Shown: piece by piece, positions 25,460 to 33,097 of the stretch | Position numbering within the stretch: position 1 is the first letter of the stretch | Layout of the letters: every line of letters begins with the position of its first letter | Virus record (IMG/VR): IMGVR_UViG_3300048576_000552 | Coordinates: 1 to 44,532 of that record | Length of the DNA: 44,532 nt | From: a virus | Lineage: Duplodnaviria; Caudoviricetes | Strand: one strand, 5' to 3' | The notes under the pieces: model-generated | What the model saw: only the letters and a program-made list of their open reading frames with translations | Databases searched by the model: none | What the model was told of the DNA's origin: nothing | Translations under genes and position numbers: made by a program

Positions 25460-26275
25460 ATGGATCCCGTTCAAGATACCCAAACGGAAGCGGCTGCCGC
25501 CCCACAATCGGAAACGGAAGAAAAAGCCGTCGCCGATTCGACAACCGCGACCAGCGCAGCCCCCGAGTCGATCCAGGAATCGGCTCATAACCCAAATTCC
25601 ACGCCCGACACCGAAACGGTAGTGGCGACGGATGCGACTCAGGAGGCTGTTGCCACCGATCCCGGCGTCGCTCCGGGGACAACGCCGCAACCCGAAACGG
25701 TTGCGACCGCGTCCCCGGAGCCGTCCTTACCGACGGCAACCGAAGCTGACCAAAATTCGACTTCGGACCAAAGTGTTCAAAATGGCCCGGAAACCGCCGC
25801 CTCGGTTATGACGTCCGACGAATCGGACTTGAAGCCGGACGCCGCACAGACGGCCGACAGTGCGACCGTTTCGGCGGAAGTGGGCCAAACCACAACCGCC
25901 AGCGAGCCTGTCGTCGTGGAAGTCGCCGCCACGGCTCCGACCGAAACCACCGAGGCTTCCCAAGTTGACAAGCTCAACGAATGGATCGCCAAGCAGGACG
26001 AGGAGATCGACCAGCTTAACAAGCAACTCACCGAGGCCAACGCGGAGAATGCCGCGCTCAAATCGGCTCCCGCTGCTCCCGTCGAAACAGCGTCGGCAGA
26101 TCCGGCGGTGACCGTGGCCAAAACGATCCAGGTTCGGACGCGTCGGCCGGTGACGATCGCCGACGTTCCGTATGAGCCGGGTGTGCTCTTGGGCGAAGTG
26201 CTGCTGGTCGATGGAATCACGCTCAATTATTTGGTGGATGCAATCCGAAACGATTTTGCCCATCAAGTGGATTAA
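25460..26275 (+). CDS. Low-complexity A/T/E-rich protein with coiled coil and small C-terminal domain
   Basis: 271 aa directly after the capsid gene (gpFI position). Confidence 0.7.
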   Translation: MDPVQDTQTEAAAAPQSETEEKAVADSTTATSAAPESIQESAHNPNSTPDTETVVATDATQEAVATDPGVAPGTTPQPETVATASPEPSLPTATEADQNSTSDQSVQNGPETAASVMTSDESDLKPDAAQTADSATVSAEVGQTTTASEPVVVEVAATAPTETTEASQVDKLNEWIAKQDEEIDQLNKQLTEANAENAALKSAPAAPVETASADPAVTVAKTIQVRTRRPVTIADVPYEPGVLLGEVLLVDGITLNYLVDAIRNDFAHQVD

Positions 26276-26282
26276 CCAAAAA

Positions 26283-26672
26283 ATGTCGCTCCTCGATCAG
26301 ATGATGTCCGAACTGGGCCAGCCTCTCATCGAGGAGTTTTTGGCCGACGCCGAGGAGAACGGCGTTCTGTATTTTCATCCGGACGGCACGCCGGCGGGCT
26401 GCTTCACCGCCACCCTCGCCGGCGAGCGTCAGGAAGAGATTTTTGGAATGGATGGCAGCTCACGTTCCTGGAAGCAGGTGCGGAGCGCCGATTTCCCGCA
26501 TCAAGAAGGTTTGCCATTTTGGACGCCCAACGTGGACATCGGCACCTTTGCGATCGGCGAGGTCGTTTATGCCTTGGAGTCCGTCGAATCGCTTACCGCG
26601 AATTCGGCCGTTGTCCGCTTGGTGCGGATCGGCCTCGTGGAACAGGCTAAGGCCGGTTATCGAAAAAAATGA
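26283..26672 (+). CDS. Putative head-tail adaptor/closure protein
   Basis: Size, beta-rich pattern and position (gpFII slot). Confidence 0.55.
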   Translation: MSLLDQMMSELGQPLIEEFLADAEENGVLYFHPDGTPAGCFTATLAGERQEEIFGMDGSSRSWKQVRSADFPHQEGLPFWTPNVDIGTFAIGEVVYALESVESLTANSAVVRLVRIGLVEQAKAGYRKK

Positions 26673-26695
26673 GGGGCAACCAACAGGGAGCAATC

Positions 26696-26998
26696 ATGAA
26701 AAAGACCTGCATCAAAAAAACGGCCGTGGAAAAACCGGCTGCCACGGTCCCGATGCAAACCGCTCGTTTGCGTAGATGCGCATCGGATGGATTGAAAAAA
26801 TATTTGGTCTCCGCCGCCGCGACGATCACTGCGGCGTTGATTGTCCAAGCCGGCTCGCTGATCTGGTGGGCATCATCGATCAATCAGCGGGTGGCGTTCC
26901 TCGAGAATAACATGACCTCCGTGCAGAGCAACATGATGGCCATGCAGAAATCGTTGGGGGAGATTACCCGCTCCCTGCCCCCCAACAATCGTCCCTAG
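26696..26998 (+). CDS. Single-TM coiled-coil protein (possibly holin-like)
   Basis: Basic N-terminus, TM YLVSAAATITAALIVQAGSLIWWAS, heptad tail; gggag RBS. Confidence 0.6.
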   Translation: MKKTCIKKTAVEKPAATVPMQTARLRRCASDGLKKYLVSAAATITAALIVQAGSLIWWASSINQRVAFLENNMTSVQSNMMAMQKSLGEITRSLPPNNRP

Positions 26999-27005
26999 TC
27001 CAAAA

Positions 27006-27542
27006 ATGACCACGCCCTCCGGATCGATCAGCCTGGCACAGCAACACCTCAAGCTTCAGCTTGCGGACTGTGCCGCTTTTCGCACCTGGTGCAAAACCGG
27101 CAACCAGGCCGAGGCTCTTTCGCATATTTATCTGGAAGGATTGCCAAAGCCTCCGGCAGGCCAAAAGACCTACATGAAGGAGCAGCTCGAATCGCTCCGT
27201 CCGTATGCGCTCGTGAATACGAAAGCCTCGGGCGGCTTTAGTCTCTCGTTTGGGTCTTTTGGATCCCACGCCGAATATGACGCCTCCGGCAAGCTGGAAG
27301 TGACGCTTTTTCAGAATTGTCCCGAGAATTTGGGCAACGATCCGACCTCGGACGCTAACCAACAGTTTTCGAACTTTTGCGGGGAGTTGATCGACCAGTT
27401 GGCCACACTTTCCGGCCAGGCAGGCTATTTGTGTTTCGAGCGGCTCACGTTCGACGGTCCCTATTGGACGCATCCACTGCTACTGCCGACCGAGGACCTT
27501 TATCAATGGTGTGAAATTGGAGTCGATTGGAAGGGAAGCTGA
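27006..27542 (+). CDS. Putative tail terminator/completion protein
   Basis: 178 aa in the neck module; function from synteny only. Confidence 0.5.
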   Translation: MTTPSGSISLAQQHLKLQLADCAAFRTWCKTGNQAEALSHIYLEGLPKPPAGQKTYMKEQLESLRPYALVNTKASGGFSLSFGSFGSHAEYDASGKLEVTLFQNCPENLGNDPTSDANQQFSNFCGELIDQLATLSGQAGYLCFERLTFDGPYWTHPLLLPTEDLYQWCEIGVDWKGS

Positions 27543-27553
27543 GGAGATGAATC

Positions 27554-28108
27554 ATGAGCATCCTCAGCATGGGCATCAAATACACCGGTCCGGTGCCCGG
27601 CTCTTCCAACATGCGTCAGAGCCAATTCAACCAGATCGTGCGCGACGCCTGGATTGAAGTAGCTCACTTTTGGCATGAACATATTCTCCCAAAACACTTC
27701 ACTGAAGAAGGGGGGAGGGAATATGGTTACATGGCCCGTAAGGGAGACCAGGTATCCGGAAAAGCATTCAACAGCACGTACCAGGGGAAAAAATTAAAAA
27801 AGTGGGGACATCAGAAACCTTTGGTATGGTCGGGGGAACTTGAGCAGAAAAGTCACGTCGCCGGCATTACGGCAACCGCGACCAGCTCGGGGAGCCAGTG
27901 CAAGACGACTTTACCCAATTGTCAGAAAGCGAATTGGAAAAATCCCAATACGAAAATCGACATGCCGGACGAGTTAACTAGGTTTTCGGAAGCGGACCGT
28001 GAAATCATTGTTCGCATGTTCAACGCGAGACTGGATGCCAAGTTTGAGACGCTCGAGTACGCCCGCGAGGTGAGTGTTTATTCGGATATTTCGGATACGT
28101 TGGCATAA
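27554..28108 (+). CDS. Putative neck/virion morphogenesis protein
   Basis: KPLVWSGEL motif in a basic protein; gaggag RBS; position before the tail tube. Confidence 0.5.
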   Translation: MSILSMGIKYTGPVPGSSNMRQSQFNQIVRDAWIEVAHFWHEHILPKHFTEEGGREYGYMARKGDQVSGKAFNSTYQGKKLKKWGHQKPLVWSGELEQKSHVAGITATATSSGSQCKTTLPNCQKANWKNPNTKIDMPDELTRFSEADREIIVRMFNARLDAKFETLEYAREVSVYSDISDTLA

Positions 28109-28126
28109 TTAGAAAAGGAACATTTT

Positions 28127-29053
28127 ATGAGCGTCAGCAGAAAACACGGCCTCTATGCTATCGGGCTTGGCGCCTCGGTTCTCGGCGGCATCACCCAACA
28201 GAACATTGCCAACAATGCCGACGTCAAAGGCGAATTCACCAGCGGCCAGGTGTTCGCCCGCTTCATGGCGATGTATTCGCAAAAGATCGCCCCCGGTTTC
28301 ACCACGCAGGCGATCGCCTCGGCCCTGGCAGCCAGCGGGACGGCCGGCGTCAGCCTGGCCACGCTCACCGGCGGCGCGAAATTCTACGCGCAGGCGTATG
28401 TGCAAGGCGGCACGCGGGCCACCGGCTCCTCCCACCGCTCCTATCAATTCCTCGCGGGCATCCTCGCCCCCAGAACGCTTTCCGTGCCGCATCAGGGCAA
28501 TGCCACCCTGACCTATGAACTGATCGTCATCTGCGGCGGAGGCGGCGATCCGCTAATCCTCTCCGACCTAGTTGCGTTGCCGGCGATCGTCTCGGGCGAG
28601 GACGAAAAATTTACGTTGGGACCAGCCACGGTCGGTGGCGTCGCCTTGGGCGAAAAAACCGATTTCCAAATCGATTTCGGCCTCGACGTGCTGGCCGATA
28701 GCGCCGACAGCGACATCTGGGACACTTTTTGTTCTATCCGGCAGATCCAGACTGTGCTTAGCTTCAAGGGCATGGACTCCGAATGGTTCAAAGCGACGAA
28801 TATCACACTGGCCGGAAAAGCGGGTACGCACACCGATACCAGCATTTATTTGCAGAAGCGAGCTAGCGGTGGCACGTTCGTCCCCACGACAACCACTTCC
28901 CATATCAAATTCACGGCTGCTGGACTGGCCTATATCGATAAGCCGTTCGACGCATCCGGTAACAACGCCGCTGAGATCACCTGCAAAATGCCACTCGTTT
29001 TCGACGGCACCAATCTGCCGTTGATCGTCAATCCCGCGTCGGCCATTCCGTAA
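28127..29053 (+). CDS. Putative major tail tube protein
   Basis: 308-aa G/T/A-rich beta protein upstream of chaperone and tape measure. Confidence 0.6.
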   Translation: MSVSRKHGLYAIGLGASVLGGITQQNIANNADVKGEFTSGQVFARFMAMYSQKIAPGFTTQAIASALAASGTAGVSLATLTGGAKFYAQAYVQGGTRATGSSHRSYQFLAGILAPRTLSVPHQGNATLTYELIVICGGGGDPLILSDLVALPAIVSGEDEKFTLGPATVGGVALGEKTDFQIDFGLDVLADSADSDIWDTFCSIRQIQTVLSFKGMDSEWFKATNITLAGKAGTHTDTSIYLQKRASGGTFVPTTTTSHIKFTAAGLAYIDKPFDASGNNAAEITCKMPLVFDGTNLPLIVNPASAIP

Positions 29054-29068
29054 TGAAAGGATAAAAAA

Positions 29069-29251
29069 ATGTTCGATCCCGAAAAAATCGACGATCCATC
29101 CTCGGCCACGATCCGCGTCAAGCGCGAGATGGTTTTGGGCGGCATCCCACTCCAGATCGGCACTCCGTTGGCCGAAGTTCAGCTTCCCGATGCGATCACG
29201 GTCAGGAATTTGGCCGACGCGATCGCCGCCGGCGACGTGGAGATCGTATAG
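29069..29251 (+). CDS. Small protein paralogous to the C-terminal domain of 25460..26275
   Basis: TIRVKREMVLGGIPLQIGTPLAEVQLPDAITVRNLADAI vs TIQVRTRRPVTIADVPYEPGVLLGEVLLVDGITLNYLVDAI. Confidence 0.7.
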   Translation: MFDPEKIDDPSSATIRVKREMVLGGIPLQIGTPLAEVQLPDAITVRNLADAIAAGDVEIV

Positions 29252-29336
29252 GGTCTTAGGTCTTAGTTAGCCAAGACTTAAGACCCAAATCCTAAGACCA
29301 AAAACCGTTTATTCCGCCTTCCACCTTCCGCCTTCC
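29251..29336. repeat. Heptamer-repeat hairpin and (ttccgcc)n tract
   Basis: gggtcttaggtcttag / ccaagacttaagaccc inverted repeat, extra ctaagacc copy, then ttccgcc-ttccacc-ttccgcc-ttcc. Confidence 0.7.
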
Positions 29337-29350
29337 CCCTTTTATAAAAA

Positions 29351-30136
29351 ATGACCGCATTTTTATATTACGTTCCCGGTGTTCAAAGCGGCGTCGATAT
29401 AAAGACTCTGCAAGAAAAAAGCCTCGGCTACGCGCTGGAAAAATCCCTCAACCGACGCGACATCAAGGGCGGTCCTGATCGGGGCGACGGCGCTTTATTT
29501 TCGGAATGCACACGCATGCCTTCTGAGCAGCTTGCTTACTGGCCGGAGAAGCAGACCTGGCGAAAACTGCCGGGCGTTAATCAGAACGCCTGGGTTGGCT
29601 TTTATAACGACGAACGCCCAATGCCGGAGGATCTTTTGCGGCCAGATTCGCTGGCGGGAGGATTGGTCGAACTGCTGGACGGCAACAAATGGATCATCCC
29701 GATCGCGTTGGAAGCGTCCGACAACGGCGGCCGATCCACGGTCACGAACAAGTTGCCGGATACCCTTGATCTCAATGATGCCGGCGAATGGGTGCATGGC
29801 AGGATTCTTCCCCGTTTTTCGGAGATCTCGCAAATTGCCGATCGTTGGTTCGCGGACATGGTCGCCGCGATGGATTCCAAGCAGGAGAATGAGGAGGGTG
29901 GTTACGTCGTCAAGTTTGAATTGATGTCCGATATTTTTGACGCCGCAGCGAAAGTGCTTTCGGCGAATTATGCCGTCGGCCGGGCGGAGGTTGCGATGCT
30001 CGGACTGTTGACCGAGAAAAAGGCCTACGAAGTCCTCAATCAGTTGGTGGATCTGCCGGGACTGGTCGAGTTGCAAAAAAAAAGAGAAGCCCTCGCTTCC
30101 TGCGATTTGTCCGCTGGGCCCGGGGCCACGCCGTAG
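29351..30136 (+). CDS. Tail assembly chaperone (gpG-like)
   Basis: Lies before the tape measure; A9 slippery tract near the 3' end. Confidence 0.7.
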   Translation: MTAFLYYVPGVQSGVDIKTLQEKSLGYALEKSLNRRDIKGGPDRGDGALFSECTRMPSEQLAYWPEKQTWRKLPGVNQNAWVGFYNDERPMPEDLLRPDSLAGGLVELLDGNKWIIPIALEASDNGGRSTVTNKLPDTLDLNDAGEWVHGRILPRFSEISQIADRWFADMVAAMDSKQENEEGGYVVKFELMSDIFDAAAKVLSANYAVGRAEVAMLGLLTEKKAYEVLNQLVDLPGLVELQKKREALASCDLSAGPGATP

Positions 30137-30228
30137 GATACCGTCCGAGCCTGCCAGACTTGTGGGCACTTGCCGAAGGTTACGCCGATCCGGAACGCAT
30201 GCAGCCGGTTTTAGTCGTTCAGAAATGA
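30075..30228 (+). other. Programmed -1 frameshift site and gpT-like extension
   Basis: CAA AAA AAA AGA (A9 at 30075-83). The -1 frame is open for 48 codons to TGA 30226-28, 18 nt before the tape measure start. Confidence 0.65.
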
Positions 30229-30246
30229 TCCTTTTATTGCACCATC

Positions 30247-32064
30247 ATGTCCACTCTCTCTGTCATCATGACTTCCGACGAAGCCCGGGCCTGGTCCGCG
30301 CTGCAAAAGATGACGGAAGGGCTGAAGGGCGTCGAGGGGGGCACCCGAAAAATCAACCAGGCGAGCAAGGATGCGGCCAAAGAGCAGCAAAACCTCGCTC
30401 GTGCGGCGCAGAGGGTTTATGAAGACACGGCATCGCCGATGGAAAAGCATCGGCAAAAACTTCTCGAACTGAACGTTCTCCTTAAAAAGAATCTCATCGA
30501 TCAAGAGACCTACGGCAAAGCGGTACGGCAGTCGGCCGATTCGGCGGAAAAGATGACCTCTGCGCATTCGGCTGCTGCTGGATGGGCAAATAATCAACTT
30601 TCCACCATTAAAAATATGGCGATTGGTTACCTCTCCGTCGAGACGGCCATCAATGCGGTGACGGCGGCGATCGAGCATAAGCACGCAGTGGAGCGACGGG
30701 CAAAAGAGACAGCAATCACTGAAGCCGATGCCCAAATGGGCATGCTTCGCAATATCGGCGATGTTTCGGAAAAAGAACAAAACAACTTCGATCAGCAGCT
30801 TCGTGATCTGAACACGAAGTATAAGCCCAAAGGCGGGATGGCGGCAGTCTATGCCGAGGCCGCGAGCGGGCTATCCGCTTCCCAGGCCAATCGGCCGCGG
30901 ACGCTGGCGGCGATGGAAGCCTCCATGCGGTTTGCGCCGGATTCACCGGAGACGCGCGAGCAAGTGGCTGGTGCGGTGCTCGATCTTCGCAAAGCGACGA
31001 TGTCCGAAGATCCGATGGCCAACCTCGGTCTCTTGAAAAAGATCGGTGAACAAAGCCGACTGACCGATTGGGCAAAAATCGCCAAAAACTTATCCGGCGG
31101 CGTGATCGGCGTGAAGGAATACGGTGGCACCGCTCAGCAATCCGGCGCGCTGATTGCCGCCATCACCCAGGCCTCGGCCGACGTGGAAGGCCGTCGATCC
31201 GCTAACGCCGCGATCGGGTTGGTCGAGCAGCTCGATCGTTACCTCCCCGAGGAGAATAAATACGATTACCGTCTTGACCCCAAGTCGATGGTGATGAAGA
31301 AGATTCTCCTGGCCAAAGGCACCGGTCTCAAGGACTGGATGTCGCGGATCGATTACTTGCGGCAGAATCCGAAGGAGATGGAACGCGTTCTCGGCGACCT
31401 ATCGGTCGAGAAAAAGCAAAAGGCGGCGATCCGCCAAATCATCACCGGTCAAGGAGCCGGTGCGGAGGCGTTCAAAGAAGCCATGAAAGAAATGAACATC
31501 CCGCTGAGCGAGATGGGGAACCAAGCGGAAACGAAAATCGACCTGATGCAAAAGCCGTTTGGACAAGTCGTCGCAGGTGAAGATCGAGGCGGCACGGCAA
31601 CAATTGCGCAATTGCAAACATCGTTGGCCGGAAAGGAGCGCGCTATTGAAGGGATATTTGCTCGCTCAACAGGCGATCCTAAAAAACCGGGACTGGCAGA
31701 ATTATTGAGCGAAAGTGGGGCCGGATACTTGAGATCCAATCCCGGTAACTGGATTGAATGGAATTTAGGTCGCGGATTCGGAGTCGGCAATGAGCAGGCA
31801 TACAAAGATATTCTTAAAGATCGGATAACTCAACTGCGTGGCGGAAATTATCAACAACCAGAAGGCTATGTTGTTCCTGGAACCGATGCGGCCAACGTCC
31901 AGCAGGCTAAAATCCTTGAAGATCACTTGAAAAACCAAGAAGCGGCTGCCGAAAAACTTCACGCCGAAATTGTGGGATTGCGAGCGGACATAGCTCGGCA
32001 AAGCAACACGCCCCATCCCACGGCCGTGCAAAACAACCGTCAACAGCATGGCGAAAAGAAGTAA
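30247..32064 (+). CDS. Tape measure protein
   Basis: 605-aa helical Ala-rich protein after the chaperone; TASPMEKHRQKLLELNVLLKKNLIDQETY motif. Confidence 0.8.
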   Translation: MSTLSVIMTSDEARAWSALQKMTEGLKGVEGGTRKINQASKDAAKEQQNLARAAQRVYEDTASPMEKHRQKLLELNVLLKKNLIDQETYGKAVRQSADSAEKMTSAHSAAAGWANNQLSTIKNMAIGYLSVETAINAVTAAIEHKHAVERRAKETAITEADAQMGMLRNIGDVSEKEQNNFDQQLRDLNTKYKPKGGMAAVYAEAASGLSASQANRPRTLAAMEASMRFAPDSPETREQVAGAVLDLRKATMSEDPMANLGLLKKIGEQSRLTDWAKIAKNLSGGVIGVKEYGGTAQQSGALIAAITQASADVEGRRSANAAIGLVEQLDRYLPEENKYDYRLDPKSMVMKKILLAKGTGLKDWMSRIDYLRQNPKEMERVLGDLSVEKKQKAAIRQIITGQGAGAEAFKEAMKEMNIPLSEMGNQAETKIDLMQKPFGQVVAGEDRGGTATIAQLQTSLAGKERAIEGIFARSTGDPKKPGLAELLSESGAGYLRSNPGNWIEWNLGRGFGVGNEQAYKDILKDRITQLRGGNYQQPEGYVVPGTDAANVQQAKILEDHLKNQEAAAEKLHAEIVGLRADIARQSNTPHPTAVQNNRQQHGEKK

Positions 32065-32073
32065 TTTTTGAAC

Positions 32074-32091
32074 TGTAACCAATTGGCGACA
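32074..32091. promoter_or_regulatory. 18-bp palindromic site, copy 4
   Basis: tgtaaccaattggcgaca, identical to copy 3 (19 bp including the next t); intergenic after the tape measure gene. Confidence 0.75.
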
Positions 32092-32132
32092 TTATTTAGA
32101 TTTTTCACACTTTCCGTGAAAATAGGAAAAAG

Positions 32133-32540
32133 ATGCAAAACTCGATCGCACAATTCGAGTTCATCGCCCTGCACGGCCACCCTGAGCCGCCGCGGGAGAA
32201 TACGATCGTGATCGGCCGTGCCGGCGTCCGCGGGAATTCCGTGTGGCTCGATGCCGAGCATGGGCGTCCGTTCAAGCTCCGCTCAGTGACCGATTGCTCG
32301 GATATCAAGGAAGGCCGCTGGGGTTATGAGGAATATCGAAAACTGATCGGCGGCGATCCCGTGGAACTGGTTTGGGAAGATCAGCCGATGTCCGCAGAGG
32401 GATTTAAGGTGATCGTCCTCGACGTCCATTTGATCGACCTACATGCCATTGTCACGCCTGTTGGCGGATTCAATCCCGATAACCAGGCCCTTTTGACGTG
32501 CGAATGGGACCTTTTTTCGATCGCCACACCCACTTCATGA
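32133..32540 (+). CDS. Putative distal tail protein
   Basis: 135 aa directly after the tape measure; function from synteny. Confidence 0.5.
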   Translation: MQNSIAQFEFIALHGHPEPPRENTIVIGRAGVRGNSVWLDAEHGRPFKLRSVTDCSDIKEGRWGYEEYRKLIGGDPVELVWEDQPMSAEGFKVIVLDVHLIDLHAIVTPVGGFNPDNQALLTCEWDLFSIATPTS

Positions 32541-32549
32541 AAGTTCAAA

Positions 32550-33026
32550 ATGTCCTCCATCAGCGCCACCGCCCGATTTTTCATCTCCTTTTTAGAACAA
32601 TTCACCTCGGCCGAGCTGCCGGCGTCAAACAATCGGAACGTCACCAACGATCTTTTCGCCAAGTCGATCAAGCTCAACTCGGCGACCACGCCCGCGGCCA
32701 CGAAAGGTTGGGCAGCAAAACTGGCGGGAAATCAGACTCTCGATTTCACCGCGCTCACTCGCACGGTCGGGCAAACCGTGAACGCCAACGGGCTGAAGCT
32801 CCAAGCGATCTTAGTGCATAATCTCGACGCGGCCAATCCGGTGGTGATCGCCAAAGGGGCGGCTAACGGCTATGCGTTCAATGGCGCTACGGGCAACGAG
32901 ACGATTCCGCCTGCCGGCAGCTTTCAAAAATACTTCGCCGGCGGGCTCACGGCGATCGATGCAACCCACAAAACCCTTGACATCACAGCCGTGGGAGACT
33001 ATCAGATAATCTTGATATTTGGGTGA
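32550..33026 (+). CDS. Putative virion structural protein
   Basis: 158-aa A/T/G/N-rich beta protein. Confidence 0.6.
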   Translation: MSSISATARFFISFLEQFTSAELPASNNRNVTNDLFAKSIKLNSATTPAATKGWAAKLAGNQTLDFTALTRTVGQTVNANGLKLQAILVHNLDAANPVVIAKGAANGYAFNGATGNETIPPAGSFQKYFAGGLTAIDATHKTLDITAVGDYQIILIFG

Positions 33027-33097
33027 TTCTTGGTATTTGGGTAAGCTCCAAGTGGGTTTATAGGACTATAGGTTATAAGCATAAAAAGGGAATAATC

